Source: Azolla caroliniana (lineage: Eukaryota; Plantae; Polypodiophyta). Taken from it: DNA of 64,000 nt. The stretch spans positions 3,534,001-3,598,000 of the forward strand of contig JBHGNT010000002.1 in assembly GCA_043228905.1 (NCBI GenBank). The letters are read 5' to 3'. Within the stretch, counting starts at the first letter, position 1, and every line of letters starts with the position of its first letter. Shown piece after piece: positions 47,216 to 60,016 of the stretch. The notes beneath the pieces were generated by a model that searched no databases, had not been told where the DNA came from, and saw only the letters and a list, made by a program, of their open reading frames with translations. A program made the position numbers and the translations under genes.

Positions 47216-50001
47216 CACGCTCGTTTCATGAGGTCCATCTTCGCTCATAGCCGCTTTGTATTCACTCCGATATGATGTAACGGCCTCGGTGCCATTGTCG
47301 TGAAGATTTCTGGCCACAGTGTGAAACCGGGGTGGAATAGGGCAAGTCGGTGGTGTGCAACATGTGCACATGTATAGTAGGAAGCGGTGTATAGAATAAA
47401 GGGGAGTATTTGTCCCACATTGTAACACCCTCCCCTCCTTGGTCTATAAAAGGAGGGAGGGGTCCCTTGTTGAGGGGTTGCCCATTTTGAGCCACAAGGG
47501 TATACCATTTTTGTCAAGGGTCATTTTTTTAAGAGTTTTCTAGGGTTAGTAACTTTCTTGTGGTCTTCTTCTTCTTCTCCTTCTTGAGAAGTTGGGTGTG
47601 GTAGCCATGGAGGCAAAGCTCTGTCTGGGTTAAGTTCTTCTTCTTCTTTTGAGTGTAGTCGGCTCGAAACCGGGGTTGTATCTTCCCCTTTTTGTAATAT
47701 ATTTATTCATATTTGTTTGCACATATTGGTGTCTCTGATGGTGTCGGGTGTTTCTGCCCCTTTGTTTTCTGTACATAAGAGTCGGTGGCGCACAAGCTCT
47801 CTCTCTCAATCTCTCTCTCGTGTTCGGTAGCCTTCCTTCTCTTCCTGGTCCGAGACCCCCGTGGTTCCGCCCCTTTGACACGCACAGGTGGAAAACCGCG
47901 ACACCGTATTCCAGCATCTTCGTCTTTCCCTTCTCCTTGTGCGTAAACCGTTTCCTCGGCTTCTGATGCGAGGAGTGCACGGCCAAGTCTCCACTACTCG
48001 CCGGCTTATCATCCGATTGGCCATTCCAACTTAGCCTCTCATTTGGCCCACTTAGCCAAAATGAGATCATACTCTCTTCTAGTGTTCCGGTGTCTCCCTT
48101 GTTCAGAGAGTTGACCTCACTAGCTACACCTCCAACAATCAGTTCAGAGTCTTCGATGGAAGGGAGTACCACGCCATTGATTTGTCAAAGACGACATCGC
48201 GGCTCACCCGCACTTGCTTCGTCCGATAGTTGTACCACTTGCACCCCTTCTACTCGTGCCAGTAGCTGACCAAGACACACTTCTCGGCCTTGGCATCCAA
48301 CTTCTTTCATCTCTCATCCGTCACATGCGCGTATGCGATACTACCGAATACCCTGAGGGGTGCAAAATTCGGATTTCTCCCAAAATATAGCTCATGTGGC
48401 AACACCTTTGCTCCAGATGTAGAAATATGATTCTGAATATAGACGATTGTCCGGATAGCTTCAACCCAATAGATCCTGGACATGCTCTTCTCCTCCAAAA
48501 TTGCTTGCCTGCTTCTACCATTGTCCGGTTCCGTCTCTCGGCCACACTTTTTTGCTCCGACGTGTATTTGCAAGAGAACTCCCTCCGCATTCCCTTCGTC
48601 TGCAGATAGCTGGTGAACTGGTCGGAGAAGTATGCTTTTCCGCCATCCGACCTTAGCCACTTGATCTTCCTTTCAGTTTGCCGTTCGACGTGACTCTTTA
48701 AGTCCCAGAAACATGAGAAGGCTTCACTCTTCTTCTCTATTAGATAGACCCAAGTGTATCGAGTAAAGTCATCGATGAAGGAGACGAAGTATCAACTCTG
48801 CCCATGCTCACACAGCTTGCCGGTCCCCATCCATCTGTCTGGATCAGATTGAGTTGATTCCGGCTCCGATTCTTCTCATTGGGGAATGGGAGCCTATGTT
48901 GCTTCCCAAGTTGATAAGCTTCACATATCTTGGCCCTCCTACCACAGAATTTCGGCAATCCAGAAACCACATGTTTCGGTTACAGTTCTTGAAGCTTCTG
49001 ATAGTTGATGTGGCCGGTTCACTTATGCCACGGGTTGATGTCAGATTCGACCTTTTTTCCTTTCGCAAACATTGCGGCGCCAACATCATTGGTCTTGAGG
49101 ATAAAAATCCTCCCGTCTCGGTGCCCACACACAATCAGCTGACCCTCGTCTTCGATGAAGCAACCGTGGTGATTAAACCGTAGCTGCATGCCTTGATCGA
49201 CAATTTGTCTAACAGATACCAAGTTCTTTGCAATTGTTGGGACATGCAGCACGTTCCGCATCACCCCTTTTTGTTCAACATGGTTGCGCGGTACATCACC
49301 CACATGTTTGATGGGGTGCATGGTGTTGTCGCTAGTCTTGACAACTCCCGCCTATTTTGGCTTCTCAAGGAAAGAGAACCACTCTGAATGGTTCATCATA
49401 TGGTTGTAAGCTCCGGAATCGACATACCAAACCTCCTCCAGTTTTGAAGTACTACACCCATCCGATTCGCTTTGTGCTTCATCACGAGTGCGACGCTAGT
49501 TTCGGCTTCTCTTGAGCTTTCGGCGAAGTGCGATCAGTGACTACTCTACTTGATCCGGATTTGTCCGAATAGGAGTTCCTTTTCCAACACTCTGGAACTA
49601 TCCGAATAGGAGTTCCAGCCACAGTACCAACAATCTGTCGCAGCCTTTCCTTGCTAGATTCCAGCGCCGCCTTGACTGCCCCGCTCATGGAGGGTCCGAA
49701 ACTGTTGTCGGCACCACCTCTATGCCTTCTTTCTTGCTCTTGTCGGCCGCCTCCATTGCATGTCGAACCGCCTTGTCCACCACGACCACAGGGCCAGTCC
49801 GCCTTCGTGTACAACATCTTATTGTCGACGTGCATGCTTGTCGAAGAAGGAATGTCTCTGTGTCAACGTTCGCTTTTCAGTCGGCTCCAAAGGATTCTCA
49901 ACCCTCGCGCTCTAGTACCATGTAAAAGAATTACGTACGAAAACATTATGCGAAGCACATAGTACACGGTTGGTTATCCGAGAATGTCAACAGTTAGGTA
50001 T

Positions 50002-50063
<62 letters not shown>

Positions 50064-50334
50064 TAGAGCAAACAACAACAAAATTCAATTATCAAAAGAC
50101 TCAATACTCAATACATACAATGTGCTTAGTGAGCACTATTTATACAAGTCCTCAAAAGGACTGACAGAAGTACTAACAAGTACTTCAATACTCATAAATA
50201 TATTCGTACGAGGAATAACGGCCATAATGGCCTGCCGGCTCCTCGCCGATCCAGCCTAGCTGATCAGTCTCAGTCCAATCTGGCCCTCGGCTTCTTCAGC
50301 TAATCCAACCCAAGTTGAGCTTGCTCGCTCAACA
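47216..50334 (-). mobile_element. Second copy of the minus-strand copia lineage (5' LTR 49921-50334; gag partly deleted; PR-INT; truncated before RT)
   Basis: The LTR resembles 13272-13691 and the PBS is degenerate (GCTCTAGTACCA). Motifs NVLHVPTIAKNLVSV, KQHRLPFPNE and LRVFGSIAY. Confidence 0.88.
47296..47903 (+). mobile_element. Solo LTR of the tRNA-Trp gypsy group (related to the 41539 LTR)
   Basis: Termini TGTCGTGAAGA…CCGCGACA. 4-bp TSD CCAT/CCGT. The host copia frame EYG|TEA is restored on removal. Confidence 0.88.
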
Positions 50335-51848
50335 TGGAGGTCTCAATTTTAACCTTTTAATGTATGACTTAAGGTGTTCCAATCGATTATGTCTATGGTA
50401 TCTTATTATCTTCCTTTGCTCCCATGGTCAAAGAAAACTCTTGAAATGTTGACACGCTCAATATGAATGTTGTTATGGAAAATAAAAGGGGCATGGGATT
50501 ATGTTTGTACTTCGAAGCGTCTTGGTGGGGCATCAATATTGAATCTATATAAGCATATGATGGCTCGTCGATTTACTATCATTTGATTTATGTTTGAAGG
50601 TGTACAACCTTGTACAAAATGGTGGCATACTTTATAGGGAAGAACAGAATTAAGCTTGGAAACATGAAGGTTGAAGCTAATTGGTGGAATGTAATTAATT
50701 CTTTTAGGGATGTCAAATGTGTTGGTTCTATGATTGTTAATCATTTGTTGACATCAGGGCAAAGTATGTTGGATTTTGTGGAATGGAATCCTCCACAAGA
50801 AAGGGGATGTGTCAATTCTTTACAAATGGAGGTTTTGGCGACATCAAGGTTGTTGAGGTGGGAAGGTAAACAAATTCTTAACCTTCAATTTAATCGGATG
50901 GCTAGATTGGGTTTAGTAACAATCCAGGATGTTATGTTGGTTTCACAAAGAAGATTAATGGCTTTCGAACAATAAGATCAACATTTCGTATTCCAAAAGA
51001 TTATACCTTTATTTGGGATAAGTTGCAAGAAATATTATCTTCGGATGAGCCAATTCATGATTTAGATGGGGGATCTCCAAAGCTTGATTGGAGGTTTGTT
51101 GGAAATACGAGATTGACTATATCTCAACAAATGTTGCTTATCACAAGTTGATTGACAAACATAAGTGGTTGGAAGAATGAGTTATAAAGGTATGGGGTTT
51201 TTGTAAGCCCATTACTTCGTGGTTTCATGTGAATAAGGCATGTTGGTGTTCTAGATCATTGATGTTGTGAGCTAAGGTATTTATTTGGAGAGTTATAGTT
51301 GGAGCTTTAACATTGGGGGATGAATTAAAAAAAAGAAACATTACTAAAGGTTCGTGTTTCTTTTGTTCGGTGGAATTGGAACATAGTGGGCATTGATTTC
51401 TTTCATGCCCGGTGGCAAGGATGGTTTAGATGTGTCTAACTAGAGTAAGTTTATCTTCCTTCAATTGAGTTTTGCCATATATGGAGGACAATGAACCAAT
51501 GCCTCATTTTCAAATTATTTTTGAGTTCTTGAGGTATTGGGGGTTGTGGTTCAATTGGAATATGCGGAATGCCTTCACTTTTGATTCACAAGTTGGGGTG
51601 AGAAAATATGTTCTAAAGTTAAAAGGACGTCTTTTGTGGCAATTGACAGTGCTAAAGAAGTCACGAAATCTCAACCATGAAGAGAGAGAAGTCTGCAAGG
51701 TCACAAATCATCATATTCGCCATTTGAATTGGTGGGCATTGAGTTTGGAGTCGTAGTAGTCTTTAGATCCTTAGATACAATGGTTCTATACTTTCTAGTA
51801 AGTTAGTCATGGTGGTGTTTTTTCTTTCATAATGAAAGCCCATTATTT
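50335..51848 (+). mobile_element. Decayed L1 LINE 3' fragment (post-RT region and zf-RVT)
   Basis: Motifs KRLGGASILNL, KVFIWRVIVGAL, CFFC…H…C and RYWGLWFNWNMRNAFTF. Parallel to 55900-57300. Confidence 0.8.
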
Positions 51849-51879
51849 AGAGAGAGACAGAGAGGAGAGGAGAGAGAAA

Positions 51880-54800
51880 GAGGAAAAAAGCAAGAGTGGA
51901 GAGGGGAAGAAGAAGCGAAATTGTTTTTATTGTTGCGCTCTCTATCAGGAACGGAATTGACCATAAAGCCATGAGTTAGAAAGCCCTCGATTAGAGCTTT
52001 GTAACGAGATATAGCAAGTTAAATTTGGTGGTCTGTGTGAGGAGCGATGATAGAAATAAGAAATCTTGTGTTGTTGGCATCCACATAATCAACACATAGT
52101 GCGGGTCTTCTATTGTATTCATCATCATCGACCTCTTCAATCGGGTGAGTTCCAGTTATCTTTCTTGTTCATGGAAAATTGTTTTTATCTTGGATCACTA
52201 TCACATCAAGAATAATGGATATGAACATGAATTCCTCTCAAATTGTGGGGGACATCGATATGGACACAATTGATCCAAAACAGAGTAATGTGATGGTTGA
52301 TTGTAATAGTGAAAGGGAAGACATTGGAAGCTCTAAGAGGTTTAAGGGTATTAAGGAAATTTATGAGAAAAATGCAACATATGCCGAAGTAATACATGTA
52401 AATGAGGTTGACAGGGATCATTGTAATTGGGATAATTTATGGGGAATTGCCAATACCTTGTTGTCTGATATTGTCAAAGAAAATAAAAATGCAATGAAAG
52501 AATGCATTGATGAGGATGTGCATGATGTGGAAGTTAATGCTAAGGCATTGTTGCAATCTTTTGATGTATTCTATGATCGTGCAGTTATATTGTTTTTTAC
52601 TGGGAAACTCCCATACATTAATTGGATTAAACAATCGTTCAACACAATCGTGTCACCAAATTGTGTTTAAAATATATATGCAGGACCACAGGGGGTTTTA
52701 TGATGTAGTGTTTCGTTCTCCAAAACATTGAAGTGCATTGTTGGCTAAAGTTCATGTGTTTTTTGATAAACGATTGGTGCATGTAATGCAATGGTCCCCC
52801 GTTGTGGACTATCATGCTTTGTTAAAACAAGAATGCCTCATTTGGGTAGCAGTGGATTGTAAGCATGCTTTTTTATGGCCACTTTTACCAGAGTTGATAA
52901 GTCAAATGGGTAAAGTGTTGGTATCTCCACATGCAAATGCTACAAATAAGTGTATATTTTGTGTGTTATGGGATACAAGTCATAAGAGGCCAGGATGGGT
53001 GCGTATGAACACACCTGGTATGAAAAGACTTTGTTTTAAATTGAAGTGGGAGACATTTGTAGGTCATTGTTTTGGATGTGGTGAATGGGGTCACTTTATG
53101 GCGGAATGCCATCGTCATTGTCCTTCAACTATAGAGGTTCCTAATGAAGGGAATGGTAAGGAAGGAGTTGGGAGAGATGTTGGTGTGTCAGATATTGTGG
53201 TTGTTATGGATGAAGGAACATCATCTAGAGGGGGTTATAAAGAGGTTTCACTTCAAGGTTTGGGCCCTAAGAATAAGGGATCTCAATCTATGGATATGGA
53301 AAAACAAAGATTGGTGGTTATAGATAAGGGGAAAACCCGTTGGATAGAGCTAGTCATGATGTTGTTGTTGAAAAGGATTGGCATCAGGTTAAGGGCAAAT
53401 CGAAGGGGAAATCAATGAATATGCAATGTAATAGTTTGCCCACTACTTGTGAGACTATTTGGAAAGGTAATTTAGGAACTAGGGAGGGTCCTCGAAAAGT
53501 TCCTTGGCAAAGACAATTTAGGGATAAGGGATTACCCCTTCACCTTCAAAGACAATTTGATTCATTGGGACAGGTTGTAAATTTATCGAATTCTCGAGGT
53601 TTTCGTCAAGCGGGAGAACCTAAACAAAAGATTTCGATAGACGGCCCTAAGGATGTGGTGCATGAAAATCCATATGCAGCATTGGACTAGTTTCATGACA
53701 TCGGTTGCTCTGAAGGAGCAAGTGCACCCATAACATTGTTGATTGAATGAAAGTGGTAACATGGAATGTGAGAGGGGCATGTTCTCCTCATAAGAAGTAT
53801 ATATTATGGCAAACTTTGTTAAATAAAGAATGGGATGTATTATGTGCAGTTGAGCATAAGTGTCATGAGTTACCAGGATCCACAGTTCATTTGCGTGGAT
53901 ATTCATCATTCTATGCAGGACATCTTAATAATCATTATTCATGTGTGGTATTAATCGTGCGGGATAAATATTATCCTCAGGTGGTGCATAATGATCCTTA
54001 TGGTCGGTTTTTGTTTCTAGAAATCACTTTTTTTGGCGAGGTTGTGTGAGTGTTTGGGATTTTTGCCCCTAACCAAGCCACTCAACGTATTGCATTATGG
54101 AGCTCACTTCGTCAAACCCTATGTGTTGGTCTTCTAGGATTACTTATGGGTGATTTTAACATGTGTGTTGATGCATCTCAATCTACATCTGGACATTCAA
54201 TCATGGATGATCCTAAGCAAGTTGCTTGGGATTCATTAGCTATGGAGGTTCTGAAGTTGGATGTTTGGACATGGTTGCATGGGAATGATCCAAGTTTTAC
54301 TTTCCAATTCTCTCAACATAGAATAACATAGAGTCGGTTAGATAGAATGTATGTGATGCACAATGATTCTTTTTTACCGACATCACTTCGTATGACAATT
54401 TTACAAGATGTAGGAACTTCAGACCACTTTCCTATTTGTTTGGAGGTTTGTGGTCATGCAATTGACATGTATAAGTCTTTACTTGGAAAGCCTCCATTAC
54501 GCTTTAACTCTTCTCTTTTGCCTCAACCTCACTTTGATTCTCTCATGGAGCAAATTTTGGTAATTTTTTCACAAGAAGTGAATCTTAAAGGAGTTAAAGC
54601 ATGGGAAATCACATTACGAAACATTAAGATCATTCATCGTATGTATGGAGTAACTAATGCTCAACGAAGAAGAGGTCTTCTTCGACAATTCTCACAAGTT
54701 CTCTCCAACTGTAATGCATTATTGATACATGCACCATTAGATGAGGAGATTTTGGATATCCAAAGTCAATTGCATGTTATTATTTCTTAGTTGCAATGCC

Positions 54801-57391
54801 AAAGTTATCGTTATGCGAAGATGCGACAATTGAGGGATGGACTCATAAATAATCAATGTCAATCTCATTTGTTTTTCCAAACGTTACATCCTACTTATAC
54901 TCGATCTAATGTGGTACATGTGAAGCAAGGGGATGAATGGATAGTGGATCCTACTACAATAATTGACATATGTCTTCATTACTTTAAGGAGTTGATTGGC
55001 CCACAATTGTTAATGAGTTCCAAATGTGGCATCTCCAGAGTCATTTCATCAATGGAGACCTATTTCTTTGATGGGAGGGTTGTATAAGATATTTACAAAG
55101 GTCTTGGCGAATAGATCACAAAAGTATTTGTCAAAGTTGATACATCCCACCCAATATGGTTTTATTGCAAGTAGGAATATACTGCATAATGTGTTGAATG
55201 TTCAAATGGCCATGGATTATGCTCGAAACACTCATCAAGAATTGATTATGGTGCAATTAGATTTGGAGAAAGCTTATGATCATGTTAATAGGTCCTTTAT
55301 TTTTGGGTTAATGCATACAATAGGCTTTGGACCTCTTATGTCTCACCTCATATTTTTATTAGGACAAGATGCGGTGTCTCGAGTAATGCTTAATGGCGGA
55401 GTTACATCAGATATTGCCCTCACAAGATACGTTCATCAAGGATGCCCTATTAGTCCATTGTTGTTTGCTATTGTTACTCATCCCTTGTTAGTGATGCTAT
55501 CCAGACTTGCAACAAATAGTGATATTATGTGTCTACACCTTCCGTCTAGAGGGCAACTAGTAGCACAAGCTTTGGCTAATGATTCTTTCATGTTTCTACA
55601 AGCCTCATGAGAGAATCTTGAGAAGGGGATGCTTGTATGGAACCAATTTGCATTGGCTTCCGGATTACATATTAATTGGAGGAAGTCTAGTCTCATATCA
55701 TGTACTGAAAGGGATTTGGAATGTTTAGGAAGGCAAGGATCCGTGGTGAAGAAAGACTCTATTTTTTGACACTTGGGCTATCCATTAGGAATGAATGTTA
55801 CAAATGGTTAATTGATTGAATGGATGTCTAGTAAGTTGAGGGATAAGTTCATGTATTGGAAGTCACAATCTTGGTCATTTCATGTACGCTTGAAGGTTGT
55901 ATAATGTATTATGGAACCCATGATATTATATTGCTTGCCATTGTTGCCATGGACAAAGAAGGCTTTACATTCTATTTTGCAACCTCTTCGATATTTGTTG
56001 TGGAAGAAGAGGGATAAGATGGGAATCACTTGGGTTGCATGGAATCATCTAGCAACCCCTAAGCGCTTGGGGGGAGCTGGAATATTGAACTTATCTAAGC
56101 ATATGATGGCTCGTAGATTTTCATTATTACAATATATGTGTTCAAACTCAACCATAGATATCTATTGTTCAATATTTCATTGAGAACAAGGGTTTAACAC
56201 ATAGGAGGACAACGATTAAGGCTTCATGGTGGCAATTATTGAATGGATGTATTTCACTTAGGATTCCGGGCCTTACATGTGTTCAACACTTGGTTACCTC
56301 ATGTCAAGAAGCACTCTTGTTATGTGTATGGAAACCATCATCTAGTAGAGAGCATTGTAATTCTTTGCAAAAAGACTAGCTTCTGTCTTCTCTGATATTA
56401 TGTTGGCCAAGAAATGAGAGATTGCGCTCTCAATTTAATCGTTTATTTCGTTAGGGGGTCAAAGAGGTGAGAGATATAGTTGAGGCTCCATCTCAAAGAA
56501 TTTTGGAGTTTGCTGAAGTGCGACAATTATTGCGGATTCCACCTAATTATGGGTTTATTTGGCAACAACTACAAAATATTACATTGATGCAAGGTGCCTT
56601 ACCTCTACAAACAAGAGAACAATTGTGGCTTGATTGGTGTTTAAAGGGTCAAACATCATTGTTACAAGTGACTACTAATCTTTTGTATCATTGCTCTGTT
56701 GAGTCTCTTGGATGGTTATTATCTAAGGCTGAAGAAGAATGGAGATTACACAAATCTGATCATGGGTGGTGATAGATCTTACAACGTAGTTGACATTCTA
56801 AATTGCCACTTGTAGCAAAGGTCTTCATTTGGAGAGTTTTGATTGGAGGTTTGCCTTTGGGATTAGCTCTAAAGTGTCGTGGATTAGCAATGAGTAATTG
56901 TTTCTTTTGCACTTTTCAAATGGAAGATAGTACTCATCAATTTATACAATGTCTGATTGCTTATCAGATTTGGAGTTACATTTCTTAAATTTGGCAAGTT
57001 TTATCACGGTGTTATTTGACACCTAGACAATGGGTGTTTGCACAATTTACACAAGTTGAGCCAAAATCAGAGATGGAGATCGTTTTTCGATTTCTAAGAT
57101 ATTGGGGATTGCGTCATAATTAGAATATGCGTAACGCTTTTGTATTCGACGGTAGACATGGAGTGAAAGCATATCTACGAAAGTTGAAGGGAGTACTAAT
57201 ATGGCAATTTTCTTTATTGGAGCAAGTGGAAATTCTTTCCTCGATGGAGTGTTCGTCTTGCCTATTGGCAATTCAACATATTCCACTACCCATATAGTGT
57301 AGTGTAGTTAGTGGGTGACCATACTCCATTGTCACACCTATTGTAAGTAGTGTTTTTTACACACATTTATTAATATAATTGTGTATTTTCA

Positions 57392-57394
<3 letters not shown>
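51880..57394 (+). mobile_element. Near-full-length decayed L1 LINE (ORF1 with CCHC knuckle; ORF2 APE-RT-zf-RVT)
   Basis: ORF1 motif CFGCGEWGHFMAEC. APE motifs VTWNVRG, GDFN, RLDRMY, SDHFP. RT motifs WRPISL, LDLEKAYDHV, QGCPISPLLF. C-terminal KVFIWR…CFFC. Many stops. Confidence 0.92.
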
Positions 57395-57430
<36 letters not shown>

Positions 57431-57436
57431 ATTCAT

Positions 57437-57658
57437 TCCCAGATGGATGTAGCTTAGTTGGTAAGGTTGCCCAATTGAGACCAAGTGGTCATGGGTTGAA
57501 CCCCTACATTCCACAATGGCATCTAGTGAATTAAGAGATATGTATGGAGTATATAATAGAGAGGTGAGTAAAATTGGGTTTCAAACCCAAGACATAGTAT
57601 AGTGGCTTGTAGTATAACAACTTACTAATAGGGTAAAAGCTAATTACAAGAAAAAAAA
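57437..57658 (+). mobile_element. tRNA-derived SINE
   Basis: A-box TAGCTTAGTTGG, B-box-like GGGTTGAACCC, A-rich tail, and a 12-bp TSD ATGATAATTCAT (57425-57436 and 57659-57670). Confidence 0.85.
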
Positions 57659-58100
57659 ATGATAATTCATCAACATAGAGAGGTTAAGGTAGAAAGAAAC
57701 AAACTCTTTAAACTTAATGTGTTAGTGATTTGTTTATGTCATCACCTCACATTTACTTTTTGAAGGTTTTTGCTTCTTTTTTATTCCCAACAATTGAAAA
57801 TGAATAACATGAGTGATTACATTGAGGAGATGCCAAGTTTTTAGCAACCCTTAAATATATATTTTTGTGTACATGTATCTGGCAAGTATATTTATTATTA
57901 AAATATTTCATCACTCCAAATATAATGTACTAACTAGCATTGAGTACATTAAAACTCAAGTGTTCTTAGGAAGATTGAAGTGTAAGAAGGAAACAAATGG
58001 AGTATGTGATTGAGGACTATATCTCCATGATCATTTGTATTTGTCTATTTTAATCATAATATAGTTAAATCCAATTGTCACACTAATGATGGCCATAGAA

Positions 58101-59717
58101 TAGGATCGGTAACGGCTCGGCCCAAGCCTAAACCATTTTGCTAAACTGGTTTTAAATGGCTTAACGGCTAGGTTCGGCTTAGGCTCGAACCTGCCTAAAC
58201 GGTTTGAGCTCAGGTCGGCTTGGCTTGAGCCTTGCCAAACCGGTTAAGTTGTTTGTGCGATTTAATAATTAGGTTAGAGTCTTAGAGAATAAAAACTTAA
58301 AGGGTTAGAAATTAGACGGTTACGAACTTAGAAGTAACAATCGACAATGGTTCAGTTTGGTTTGAGAGGGTCAAAACCCTATTGGTTTGGAACCGAACCG
58401 TTTAAATATTTTTAAACTTGAACCGAACCAAACCGAAATGTTTAAATATTTTAAAATTTGAACCAAACCAAACCAAGCCGTTTAAATATTTTAAAACTTG
58501 AACCGAACCGAACCATGAAACCGTTAAACCGAATCGTTAAACCTTTTTCAAACCGTTAAAACCGCGGTTTCATGGTTCGGTTTCGGTTTTTTCAACTTAG
58601 GTCAAATTTAAAAAACCTAAACCCAAACCAAACCAATTTAAAAAACCTAAACCCGAACTGAACCAAATAGTTAAAAACCATTAAGTCGCATTCCACGGTT
58701 TTGTTCGGTTCGGTTCAAACCGAACCGTTTCCTACACGCCTTCAGGTAATCACTGACATGGCTTTTTGAAAGCATTCTACATATCCAAATTTGTGATGGT
58801 GGTGCTCTATCGTTGGAGTGATACGATATATTTGGCACACAAATTATTGTCATAATTATATCTGGTCGTCATCTGAATTCTCTGAGCGAGAGCAGGCACA
58901 CAAATGATTCTCTCCTAGCAGAAATGGTGGACAAAGAATTGATGGATGCATTTCATATCTCTCAAGAGAGCCTCTGGCAATGCTGTTTTCAGTTCTAGCA
59001 AGAAGAATTCCAAGCATCTTTGGCCCATGAAGTCCATAATGATTTATAATGAATGGTTCAAAACCTTCTCTGAAAAGGATAAAGGAAGTAGGAGACATGA
59101 AGGCAGAAACATATGTGGTCTTCCTCTGTCTCAAAACTCTACAGAGAACATAATCAAAAGACAGGCTTTTTGGCCTTTTGTTTGTAGGCCATCATAGCTT
59201 CCAATCTCTAACTTAGAACTCATAATGAGCAGCATACCTATCAATACCTTATGGGGAATTTATTAGATCTGCCCAATCAATACCTCATACCACATTAGAG
59301 AGTTGAGCATCCATTGTTGTCGAGGTGAATGACGAATCAGTGCGACGAATGCATATGAATTTATTCTTGCAATGCATGTCCAAGGTGAGCAGTGGATTGA
59401 TCCATCTGTGTTCCTTATCCAGCCTTAATAATAGTATGTCTCCTTCTATTGCTAATTTGTTTCTGTGAGCTAAATGCTCATTTTAATTTGAAAAAAGAAT
59501 GGAGTATCTCTGTAAAAAATTGCACAATTGGTGAGTTATGGGTGTGCATGTTTCGATCACGAACTGGAATATATTTCTATGAATCAGCACACCATGGATG
59601 AAACATTATGCTTCGGTTTGGTTTGGTTTGAGAACCCTGAAACAGTTTACGCTTAATTGGTTTGGCTTGGACAAGGCCAAACTGGTTAAGCCTAAACCGA
59701 ACCGTTGCCAATTCCTA
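58101..59717. mobile_element. Non-autonomous hAT-like TIR element with AACCG-rich subterminal repeats
   Basis: Imperfect TIRs TAGGATCGGTAACGGCTCGG and CCGAACCGTTGCCAATTCCTA. Many AACCG/CGGTT repeats at 58110-58730 and 59610-59710. No clean 8-bp TSD. Confidence 0.6.
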
Positions 59718-60016
59718 CATGCTTGTACATCATTTTTGTATCTTTATACAAAACACATTTCACACAGAATTATATTATTTGAAATATTAAGAGAAGAAAA
59801 TAAATGCATAATTAAAGATTAGATGTGTGTTTCTTTTCTACTTTGAATCTGTGTCTCTTCATTTTAAGGTATAGCTAGAATTCTGCTTATGATTCATTAT
59901 CTTAACAAAAAAAATTAAAATCCCGCATTTCGCTAATTAGTTGCCCAACCTTGGCAAATGAAAAGAGTTGGAATGAAGTCTTGTAAATGAAATTTTGAGA
60001 AGGAATAAGTTTTTAC

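Noticed and set aside
57441-57512. Functional tRNA gene
   Set aside because: The cloverleaf and B-box are degenerate; the TSD and A-tail identify it as a SINE head.
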